Below, piece after piece: positions 1 through 11,500 of a stretch of 64,000 nucleotides of DNA (its first letter is position 1; each line of letters starts with the position of its first letter). The notes under the pieces were generated by a model. The model was not told the origin of the DNA. It did no database searches and saw only the letters and a program-made list of their open reading frames with translations. The translations under genes were made by a program, and so were the position numbers. This stretch comes from Antedon mediterranea (taxonomy: Eukaryota > Animalia > Echinodermata). The stretch is taken from NCBI RefSeq assembly GCF_964355755.1, contig NC_092671.1, positions 37,520,304 through 37,584,303 on the forward strand, read 5' to 3'.

Positions 1-1034
1 AAGTTTCTGTACCATGGTTAGATTTAAAGGCAAATTGTCTGTCATCAGAAGTTATAGTATCACCAGATAATTCGATAAGAACATGTTCTAAAACCTTAGA
101 TATTACACAGGCTAGGGCCTGTAATTGTATTTTTGCTTATAATATTGCTAGAAAGTATTGTTCAAGTTTTCAAGTTTATTGTTTCACACAATACAATACA
201 ATAGAACAGTAACATAAATTAATAAAAAACAATTGTGTGAGGAGGACGCATTAAGCCAAGGCTTTAAGTTTGGTCCTCCAGATAATTAATAATTTAATTA
301 TTTAATTTAAGTGAGAGAACAAAAATAAACTTCTTTCTTTTGTCAAATTGACAAATAAAATTAAACAAAAGGCACAAAAAAGACAAAAAAAGGCAATTGT
401 GAATTACTAATGTTCTAAATAGTTTGAAATAAGTGTTTGTTTGTATTTTGTTTTAAATGTATTTATGATGGTTATTGCTTTTAGATTGAGCGGTAAGTTG
501 TTCCATATATACGGTCCATTGTAAATAAAAGATGTTCTTCTAAGTAATATGGTATGCTTTTCGTATATCAGATTTTTTGCAGTTGAAGATCTGGTGTTGT
601 AAGAATGATTAAAATTTTGAAAATAGGAGTAAAATTGAGTTGGTAATTTATTATGATTTAGGCGGAACATGAATAAAGCTGTTTGGAGTTTATTTATATC
701 AAATATATTTAAAGTATTGAGAGAATAAAAAAGTGGTTTAGTATGAGATTTTGGAGGTGCTCCCGAACAGATTCTGATAGCCTTTTTTTGTAATTTAAAG
801 AGAGAATTAATTTTCGTGTTATCAGAACCTGTCCAGGGGCAGCATCCAGTAAATTTATCTACAGTTGTAGCCCAAGCAACATTGCAGTATGATTAATAGG
901 GTAAAATAAGAGTATTATACAAGGAAAATAAGATGTTTAAACGAAGTATGTACTTCAATTTACTTAAAATTCCAACGTTTCTCAAGATTATTTTAGTTAA
1001 ATATGTTATGTGAGGTTTCCAATTTAGTTCCGAG

Positions 1035-2000
1035 TCAATAGTGACTCCAAGAAATTTTAAGTTTTCTGTTCTCTTTATTTGGTTGCCATTGATATATAAT
1101 TGCTCTGTTAGCTTTTTTTATTAATATTAAAATAAAAAAATAAATAATAATAGTTTTTGAAATATTCAATGATAACTTATTTGCTTTAAACCAAAGAGAC
1201 ACTTTGTTAAGTTCATTATTGATTATAGATACAAGATTATTTTTGTTTTCGTGAGAAATAATAACATTTGTGTCATCTGCAAATAAGATAAAATTAAATA
1301 ATTTTGAAACATTTGGAAGATCATTAACGTAAATTAAAAAGAGTAGTGGGCCAAGGATTGACCCTTGTGGTACCCCACAGGTAACATGCAAGAGTTGAGA
1401 ATTGGTTGAGTTTATTGATGTATATTGTTGGCGAAATGATAAGTAGTCTTTTAAAAGTAGTAGTGGAAGACCTCTGACACCATAATTCGATAATTTAGAA
1501 ATAATAATGTTATGATTTATGGTGTCAAATGCTTTTGACAAATCTAAAAAAATACCGATAGTATGGTGCTTGTTTGCAAGTGATTTAGTTATTTTTTCAT
1601 ATAAGTGGAGAAGTGCGAGATCTGTGGAATGTGATTTTCGAAAGCCATATTGATTGTTGTATATAATATTATGTTTTGTGAAAAAAGAAATTAGACGAGC
1701 ATATATTAGCTTTTCAAATATTTTTGAAAAACATGGAAGTAAAGCAATCGGTCTATAATTTGAAAATTTATGGGGGTCATCTTTTTTAAAAATAGGCACA
1801 ATTTTGGCAACTTTTAGCGCATTAGGAAATTTCCCACATTTAAATGAAAGGTTAAAGATGTGACATAAAGTTTTAGAAATAAACGGAGAAATTTGTTTAA
1901 TAACGTTGGAATGTATTTCATCTACACCAGGACTTTTATTATTTTTGAGCTCTTCGGTTGCATTAATTATGTCTCTTTCAGTGATTGGTGAAAGGAACAT
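1035..2000 (-). pseudogene. LINE ORF2 reverse transcriptase segment
   Basis: Non-LTR RT motifs KSPGVD, GVPQGSILGPLLFLIYVND and LFADDT. Confidence 0.95.
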
Positions 2001-2355
2001 GGAGTGATTGTTGGGTTGGTTTAAAAATGTTGAAAAGTTTGAATGAGATGAGTTAATTGATTGTGAAAGTGTATATCAACAAAATATTTATTAAATTTAT
2101 TAGCAATTTGAATTTCGTCATCAATTTTTATGTTGTTTTCTAAAAAATATGTTGGAAGTTTACTTTTTATATTTCTGCCAAGAGCTGAATTTATAGTTTG
2201 CCATGTTTTCTTAATATCATTTTTATGTGTGTCAAATTGCTTTTTGTAATGTATACTACGTGATATTCTTATTAGATTAGTTAATTTGTTTCTATAATCA
2301 GTATATTTAGTTTTATCAGTGGCTTTGCCAGATTGTATATATCTTTTATATAGTT

Positions 2356-3611
2356 TTATTTCGTTTGTTTATGGAGTTGATAATGCCATTTGTTATCCAT
2401 GGTTTGTTTTGCTTGCGAAAATTTTTTTTTTTTTTTACATATTCTAATGTGTTTATCATAAATGTTCATAAATTTAGTGTGAAAAGAATTATAAGCTTTA
2501 TCCAGGTCATCTGTAATCGAAATTATTTCTGACCAGTCAGTATTTAGTAATTCAATGCCTAGTGATGAAGTGGTAGTGTCATTGATTACTCTTTTAAATA
2601 TATATTTTTGGTCATTCATTTTATTAGACGGTTTGGATGTATGAGAAATAAAAAATATAGGTAAATGGTCAGTAATGTCACAATACAGTAATCCTGAAAA
2701 AATATCTTCATGAAAATTGTTAGAGTAGATATGGTCAATTAACGTAGCAGATGTACGGGTGAGACGGGTGGGTCTGTCTATTACGGGAAATAAATTAGCT
2801 GAATATATACAATTTAAAAAATCTGATGTTAGTGTATGGGAACTGAATTTAAGCAAATCAATATTAAAATCTCCACAAGCATAAAAACTTTTTTTTTCTG
2901 TGTTGATTACTTCAAATAATAGTGATATGTTTTCATTAAAAGTTTTTATGGATTTTTCTGGTGGTCGGTATATTACTGAGAAAATATAATTTTTTGGTTT
3001 TAATTCTATTTCAATGCAGATATTTTCAGCTTCATTATTAATTAAAGAACTCAAATCATCTCTCATTCTAAAATTAATATCATCCATAATATAAAGACAG
3101 ACGCCACCACCTTTCTTATCTACTCTATCACAATAAATTAATGTATAACCAGGAATGTTATATAAAGTATGTACAGTATTTGAACTAAACCAGGTCTCAG
3201 TGAAACATAATATATTAAATTTGTGATTAAGAGTTTCAAGATATTCAGTTATTTCAGTAAAGTTTTTTACCAGGCTACGTGAATTAAAATGAATAAAACT
3301 AAAATTTTTATTAATATTTTCAATTGAACTATTAAAGTTATCGCTGAGATGATATCTACATGTAGAAGGAATGGATGTATTTACGTCAAAAGGGTTAATA
3401 CTTAATGAATTTAGATGATCAAAATCAACAAATTGGTTTACGTGAAATTGTTTTATTTCATGTAAAAACTCATCATCATTGAGTATATGATTAAACGGAA
3501 GTAGAGAAATATTACATGACGTACAGTACCATTCTGGTTCTATGGAAGAACATTGGGCATGTGCGTACCCATTACATAATGCACATCTGTTTAGATTAAT
3601 ATCGCCACTCA
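2356..3611 (-). pseudogene. LINE ORF2 endonuclease (APE) segment
   Basis: HFNSRSL, CFTETW, GGGVCLY, IYRPP, GDFNIDLL, TLIDHIY and DHLPIF motifs; the frame shifts at an A-run before KPWITNGI. Confidence 0.92.
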
Positions 3612-3885
3612 ATTGTTGACCCCATTTTGATAGAACCGTCGACCTGACATCAGGTCTTTTCAGAATGCTAGATGTAACTTTCAGAATTCATCCTAATAAA
3701 TGCCCCGGGCATTGTTCAGAAGGGTTTTTAGGGTAGCGTTTATTTTTTTTTGTGTAATATGATAACATGTATAATCAAATAAATACGGTACTACCTTGTA
3801 GATATAAAAAAATTACATAATAATTTTATTCAAGTTCATTGAAGCTACATAGGATTAATTTAATTTATTATTTTTACTATAATAG

Positions 3886-4005
3886 GATTGCAGATTAAGA
3901 AATACAGTATGACCAACTCTCCACGTGGAATATGCCTCATTATAAACAATATGCAGTTTACTAAAGAGAGTCTAAAAGAAAGAAAAGGTTCAGAGGTTGA
4001 TGAAG
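3886..4005 (+). CDS. Caspase-8/10-like gene, penultimate coding exon (start of p20)
   Basis: AG at 3884-5, GT at 4006-7; encodes YSMTNSPRGICLIINNMQF...ERKGSEVDE; phase matches the next exon. Confidence 0.9.
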
Positions 4006-4506
4006 GTATATTACTTTCAATTTTAGGAGTCTTTAAATGTAATATTGGAATTTCACTTCACTCTTCCCTGGTGTCATAGCTAGCTACAGTTAGCCCATAG
4101 TATTTAATTAAATTACAATCAAAGACTGAACTAGATCACTTTTTAGGACTAACTGGTTTTATATCAACACTTTCTGATTGAGCAGGTGCCTTTAACTTCA
4201 CTTTTCTTTTTCACATTTATTTTTACTTGATCAATTCTCATGTCATCATCTTTCTTATCTTCCTTGACATCTATTTCTAGATATTACATAATAAACAATA
4301 TAACACACAAAAGAACAGTAAAATAAATAAAAAGATTCTTAGAATTTAGTCCAGGTATTAGATCCCACAAGGATAAACTCAGGCGTGTTATAATAGCGAC
4401 TACTGTAATGCCTTCCTGTTCATTTTGATAATAATGTTTAGTTTGTTTTTAGTTTGTACTGAATTAATGGACTGATAACATTTAAATTAATTTAATTCCT
4501 CAACAG

Positions 4507-5126
4507 CAAATCTGAATCATGTTTTCAGCTACTTGGGATTTGTTGTTACGGTGATATGCAATGTAACTGCCGAACAGATGATGAATAATATAATTGATGT
4601 TCGTAAAATGGATCATTCCAAGTACGATTGTTTCGTGTGCTGTATATTGTCCCACGGTGACCTTGGAAAAGTTTATGGAACTGACGGAGAACCTTGTAAA
4701 ATAATAGAAATAACCAGTGCATTTCGTATAGGGCTTTGCAAGACACTCGCAAATAAGCCAAAGTTATTCTTTCTACAAGCCTGCCAAGGCACTAGACGAG
4801 CTGAGCAACACGTGCAAAATATGGAAACAGACTATGCTCCACCTACTGCTACAGAGACTATCCCGGATAATGCTGATTTCCTGCTTGGATATGCCACAGC
4901 ACCTGGCAACGTGTCATACAGGAGCAAGACCTATGGATCGTGGTACATTACAAAGCTGACAGAAAATTTGAAAAAATTCCACCATAGCGATCACATACTA
5001 GATATCCTAACACAAGTGAATAATGAAGTAAGCCAGGCTATTGCTAGGGAGTCTAACGGATGTTACAAGCAGGTTCCAGCTCCCCAGTATACACTAAGAA
5101 AGAACCTATACTTTCCAAAATTATAA
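4507..5126 (+). CDS. Caspase-8/10-like gene, terminal coding exon (rest of p20, linker, p10)
   Basis: AG at 4505-6, in frame with ORF 4533-5126. Catalytic LSHG and KPKLFFLQACQG (QACQG is typical of caspase-8/10), linker METD, p10 DFLLGYAT, GSWYI, KQVP; stop at 5124-5126. Confidence 0.93.
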
Positions 5127-5238
5127 ATCAACTCGCTTTCATTTGAAGATTTTCAATTATGTACAGAATTATTTGTCAAAATTATTACATAAGCTAATAC
5201 AAATAATGTAACTAGAATAACATATATATAACTGTTAA

Positions 5239-5590
5239 AGATGTATTGTCCCCACCCCCCCCCCCCCCCCCACAAACAAAAAAAACAAGAAAAATGAAGA
5301 TTAATAAAATTGGACTTTGAATATGTTATTTTGTTGTTTTATATTAACAAAGTTAATTACTTCCAGAGAAAAAACATGAAAAAAATAATGTTATTACTTA
5401 ATAAATGACAAAATAAATGGTTAATTTCAACCAAAACACATTGGCTGGCAGCCAATTTGTCTTAAATTACAGTTTTTCAGGTAAATAATTTGTTTTCTGG
5501 TCCAATATTTGTTCAAAGTGAACAACTATTATGTGACATTAAAATGGCATATTCAACAAAAACATTAGTTTTCAGGGGAACAATACATCT
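5239..5590. mobile_element. TTAA-flanked MITE (Kolobok-like)
   Basis: TIRs AGATGTATTGTCCCC / GGGGAACAATACATCT with TTAA on both sides. Related pieces near 10400-10470, 44870-44990, 58203-58265 and 63719-64000. Confidence 0.75.
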
Positions 5591-8535
5591 TTAATGAACG
5601 TTGTAAAATTTGTTTGGCGCTTTTTCATAATTACCTGTAGTGTTCAAATTCATAATTATTGTTACTACTTTTATCTAAAAAACCCCTAAACAATAAATGC
5701 CCGGGGTGTTTATTTGGATAAATACGGTAAGTTACTTCTAGCATTCTGAAAAGAACTGTTGAGTTCGACGTTTCTATCAATGTTTGATCGTCCTCAGGGG
5801 TCAACAATATTTTCTAGCATTATTATAAGCAAAAGTACAATTACAAACAGTAAAGGATTTGTTGTAATTCCTATAATAAAACCATTTAAAGCATCATTTA
5901 AAGCATAACATTTATATAAGAATAAGTTGTGTAGAGGTATGTTTTTTGTTTGAAACATCAGTAATATTTCTGATCATCTTTTTACCAAATTTTCTGTTAG
6001 AATGAATGTAAATATGTGTATTTCCAACAATTTGATACCAAATTTAAGTTTCTACGACCAGTACTTACATAGGTATAAAAATGCCTTGGTATGTGGGTCA
6101 AAGGTCAGAAATGGCATTTCCGGTCATTTTTTACTAAAATATCCCATTAGACTGAATATGAATGTATACCTTCTGATCAATTTGAGACCAAAATTACATT
6201 GCTGTGACCAGTGGTTGTCGAGATTTAAGGACATAATGGTGTTTGGTATTATAACCTTTCACCCTGACCTTTTGACCTTTTGCCACATTTTAAAAATGTG
6301 TAACCAAGCCAATAATGATTGTTTGACCATCCTAAACCAATTTCTGAAGTAAAATTCTCTGTACCTCAAAGTGCATACAAAGTTGATCTAGCTACTAGAG
6401 TAATTATGCTATCGGAAGTTCGGCAACATTATTCATGACATCACCTTAAACACATCAGTGCCAATCAAGGACTTACAAAAGTTGGAAAACTCTCGAATAA
6501 TCTGTTTAAGCAGCAGCTGATTAGACTACTTAAAAAATTAAGTAAAAATATATTTAATTATTTAATGTTGATTGATTATTTGCAGATAATTACTGTATCC
6601 TATTTAACTTCAGTCAGTACCAGTGTCATTTAGTAGACTGGGCTGATTATTGTTAATGATATAATGATAATTTGTACTGTACACCATCACCATCACCACT
6701 ATTTGATATAGTAGTGCATGGTGTTTAGTATGACCCTTCTTTGGTACCCAATAATAGAACACAAGAGTACTAAATCAAACATTCAACAAGCATATTTGAC
6801 AATGAGCTAATTTATTGAATATAAAGTCGTATACACCACCTATCAACCAATGAAAGATTTCTAGAAAATCTTAAGTTATTTTAGTAGTGTAAATATAAAC
6901 TGCAATACATTGAAGGTTTGTTACTCTAAGTGAATTTTTTACTACATAAAGAGTTGGAGTAAATACAAATAAATTATTATGTTTATTCTGGGACTATTAC
7001 TCACTAATTTATAGTTTCAATATAATCATGTGACCAGATATTGTTTGAAAAAGTGTTACGGCTGAGCGATTTCAATATTAGCAGAAGGAATGTGCTAAAA
7101 ACACTTGTTCTGTAAACGCTATCAAAGCATGGAGTTGTGAAAATGATGTATATAATTTTATAGCTCCATGATCAAACTTTGACAAAAAAATGTGATGTGA
7201 CCATATATGGACATGATGACATCACGTCATATCACTACCATATTTGGGCACATCACACTTTTTTTGTCAAACTAGTTTTGATAATGTAGACAGAGCTTAA
7301 GCTGAGCTTTACATGTTAGCATTATCAAAAGTTACATATAACTTAAGCTACAATATCAGACCAGCGGTGACTCTTCGGGTTCAGACTGTCCATATTCTTC
7401 AATATATCAAATAGTATTATTTTATAATGATAATGATATAATTTCATGTGTGTTGTTAAATACTGTAAGTGGCCAGGTTTTACTGGAATTCTGGCCAAGT
7501 ATCTACCATAAGTTATTTTGACTCTGTGGTTTTTCATTGGAATCAAGTACAATACTGTATTGTATTCTTCCAGATACACTTTATTATTCCAAAAGATTTA
7601 ATGCACAAAAGGTGGCCGTGAACAAGTCCCTCATCAATTGAAGACATAACAAAATGCATACCATTTCTAAAGCTCTGGACCACACTATCAAACTAGTTTA
7701 AAAAAAAAAGTTTGATGCATCCAATTGTGGTAGTGATATGACATCATGTCTATATATGGGCACATCACATTTTTTTGTCACAAATTTGATAGTGTAGACC
7801 AAGCTTTAGATATAACAGAAAACTGAAGCTTCCAGTACAGTTTTAATGATACATGTCAACTAACTATAACCATTACCTGATAACCGAGTATAACGTACAT
7901 TCACATGCACTAAGTTAATATAAGAAACATTTACTGTGACTATACCTACTATTGAAAAAATCATGAAAATGTTGATGGCCTTTAAAGCAGATATCACAAA
8001 AGCAATAATGGTTTCAAAAACTAAAACTATCAATCTATTATAATAATAATTTAGTCCGTGTAATTCCTTTCAGTACATTCATATTATATTATTAGATTTT
8101 TTTTTTTCTTTCTTTTGCTATGGATATAATATTATGTCACCATGATATTCCGAAATAACAAAATCCATATCTAAAATCAAAATTTTTTATATTTTATTAG
8201 TTTTAATGTACTTTCTGTTGTATTTTCTGTTTCAAAATGAAAATAGATTTCTATATTATTTTCTAATAAATTAAAACTCAGATATTAGTTTTTTTTCTGG
8301 TTAGAAATGTTTTAATATTAATCGTTAATAGTACAATGTTTTTATGTCACAAAAGTTACATCTGTTTCTATGATTTAAATCAATACACCCATAAAATATT
8401 CAAATACAAAATACACCTGTATGACATTTAATTGAAATTAGCTAATAGAATTATAAGTAAGTAAAATAAAACCCAGACAACAAATGAAAAGTCACTAATA
8501 AGCATTGAATATCACATGACTTTTGTGCCGAATGT

Positions 8536-8553
8536 TCACTTTCTTCGCTTCTC
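8536..8553 (-). CDS. TMBIM6: BI-1 terminal coding exon (EKRRK*)
   Basis: Poly-T tract plus TTGCAG acceptor, phase 0; basic tail as in other BI-1 proteins. Confidence 0.8.
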   Translation of the reverse strand, partial: EKRRK

Positions 8554-11500
8554 CTGCAATGAAAAAAAAACAAATAGTTTTTAAGTAAAAATAAAAATCA
8601 TTAATTCTTTTATTCGTTTTGTTTATTCTCCACTCTTCAAATGAATTTAAACAGTAAGTATACAGTGTATATGGGTGGATGGAGGTCATTGAACTTAAGT
8701 CGTGACCCCTATTTCAGTATAATAATAATAACATGCTATGTTAGACTGAAATATATGAATAAAATATTCACATTAACTAATTAAATTGGTATTGATCAGC
8801 AAACAGAGATAGTAATATTGAGCTGCAAAGGAATGGTATTATATTACTGCTGCCTAAAAAATCAGCCACACAGTTTTTGTTTGATTATTTAGAGGTTTAG
8901 GTTCAGTTTATTAGGCTATCGCTCTCTGTAGAGCGATAGCCTATTGTTATTGTCACAAATTTCATTTTTTCGGCTCAATTTTTGTGTCACGCAGATCTCA
9001 AAAACGGCGGTAGCAGTTATGTTGTAACTTGGCCAGCAGATGCACGTATATATGTAGTTGTGCAACAAACTTTGGTTTAATGAAAATATGGTCGCGTAGC
9101 GTAACTACGCGCGATTTTCTGAAATTCTTAGATTGACTATAACTTGAAAACCAATAGCTATTTTTAAATACCACTTGACACACGTATGCTTCATGTCAAG
9201 GGTCATATTCCTGTATCATCAGCAAAATTTTGAACATTGGTCAAATCGCGCATACGCGCGCTTTGAAAGTTTAAAATGCTCAAAATCAATTTCTAATCAA
9301 CTTTCTACACGTTTCAGGACATTTTAAGAATTTCACATTTTTCAAAAAAATTTGCGTTGCGCGCGCGCTATTGCGCACTTCGTTCGTACGCAGCCTAGAA
9401 AGCCCGTTTTTGCGCTTGATTATTGTTTTTCATAGTTTTATGATATATTTCTTTCATATTTGATGAATTATGAATGCAAAATAATGACACACGTGCACGT
9501 CAAACTTTAAAAATCGTGCGCTTGAAAATTGGTAATTTTATGCAAATTTGTGTAAAAATATGCCTATTTTGAATCGATTATAGCTCTCCGGGATGTCTGG
9601 TGACCCCCAATTTTTTAAACCTAATATGTAAGCATATATATTGTAGATATGAATTCATGCAAAATTTTTACCTCTGGGCTGTTGTGACGTCATCGTATGG
9701 CCACACAAATGTAAAATATAGGGATTTTGTCTCTTTCGACACAGTTCGTCACATTCAATAGAGCGCATACCGCGTAAACGTTATCAATTTACTTCCAATT
9801 TTCAATATTTTATTACTAAAATAATTCCTTTTTAGACTTATGAACTTTTTTTTTAATTTGAAAAGGTCATCATTTTCAAATAATTGAATAAACGTGAGTG
9901 GTGTAAAATAAAAAATAACCGTCAACTAAACCGTTTACAATGCTAATACCGTCAACTGTTGACACTTATTAAACGATTTTGATGTATTCCAGCTGTTCTT
10001 TACAATCGTTGTAGTGCAGCCTATTGTAGACTAAGCATAATAAATAACATGTGCGTGTTACGATGCGTTGGGCGATAGCCTAACTCGTCAACGTGACGAG
10101 TTCAAATCTAGTTTAGGTTGAATATGCAGCTAGATATATTTGACTCTTTGTGTGGCCGATTCCGTTGCCAGCTGTAAACAATAAAGTAAGGGATTACCAT
10201 ACCAAGAAATAAATGTTACTTACACTTTTGTCGGACAGAATAACAAGAAGGTGACGGAAAATGTTAATGAAATCAAGAAACAAATCAACCGAGTGCCTAA
10301 AAGAAAAAATACAATTTATAAAAAAATCATACAATTTTACTATAAAAAAAACCTCTTAAAACTAATGTTTTCACTATAAAAATACAAAATAAACGGGTAA
10401 ACTTCAACCGTTCAATTGGCTGGCAGCCATTTTTTTGCTTTAAATTTCATTTTTTCAGGTAAATAATTTTTTTTTATCCTAACTAATATGTCACATACCA
10501 CACATAGTCATTGTCTCCGTTGCGTTTCTTTTCAATGATCAACTGAGTGTCAAAAAGAACAAATCCACAGAACATCAACAGTCCAACGTACATCTCAATC
10601 TTCAAAAGAAAACAAATCACAAAAATAATGCCAAACCTCTGTCCACATTATCAAACTAGTTTTACAAAAGAAGTGTGATGTGCTCAAATATGATAGTGAT
10701 ATGATGTCATCATGTCCATATATGGGAACATCACATTTTTTGTCAAATAAACTGTGATAGTGCAGACAGAGCTTAACAACAATAATTTGTGGTGGTATAT
10801 TATTACAGTGTATAACTATAACCATAACAATGGCCTTATCCAATTAAATTAAATGGAGTACTATATATCTCTCAAAAATCACATCCTGACCACCCCTACA
10901 AACAAGTGGTACAGTCTGCCAACCCATTTTTTCTTGAGATGTGAATTAACTAATTGTTTATAATCATTTTTTCACTATTTTTTCTTTCCAATACTGAATG
11001 TAACTAATATAAATTGTTAAATAATAATAAATAATTGTAAATTACCCTGAAGATGACGGCCGAGCGAAGGAACAAGTTAACGAGGCTTACTACAAGTAGC
11101 ATAGACAGCATGGACATCAGGCTTCCTGTAGTCAAATTGAAAGAACAAAAGATTAACTTTTTTTTAATTTTTTAAAATACACCAATCATAAGCAATAGTT
11201 AAGGTCAAAGGTTACCTCCAAGAAACAACCAGTAACGTTGCTGTGTGTAAAGTGCACAAAGGCTAAGGCTTCCAAAAATGACGACACTGCCCATGAGTGC
11301 GGTGACCACGATACTTGGATCGATGCTGATGACCACATCCAGAAGAGGTCCGAGGGACATTCCTGCAAGAAAACAAATGATATTAGAGCAACACTTCTTG
11401 GTCTTAAGCTCTGCCTACGCTACCAAACTAGTTTGACAAAAAAAGTGTGATGTGCCAAAATATGGTAGTGATATTACATCATCATGTCCATATATGGGCA

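Larger units (their letters stand above)
163..3611 (-). mobile_element. 5'-truncated CR1/L2-group LINE (PHD-like + APE endonuclease + RT), frameshifted, antisense in the presumed caspase intron
   Basis: ORF2 is split over 2356-3612 (partial Cys/His PHD-like stretch, ETW, GDFN, DHLPI endonuclease motifs), 1035-2000 (YRPIALL, QYGFR, DLSKAFD, GVPQGSILGP, FADD) and 407-670 (GPYIWNNLP). 3' stem-loop at 241-279; AATAAA plus (ACTTGAA) tail near 163-180. 6-bp TSD ATTGTT at 157-162 and 3612-3617. Frameshifts at the T15 run 2422-2436, ~2075 and ~1150. Confidence 0.95.

Noticed and set aside
6002-6352. 116-aa ORF
   Set aside because: No recognisable domain; the sequence looks like a decayed non-coding repeat (GACCTTTTGACCTTT, ACCAAATTT motifs).
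11186-11450. ORFs 11186-11368 (-) and 11238-11450 (+)
   Set aside because: Wrong-frame or antisense shadows of BI-1 coding exon 4.
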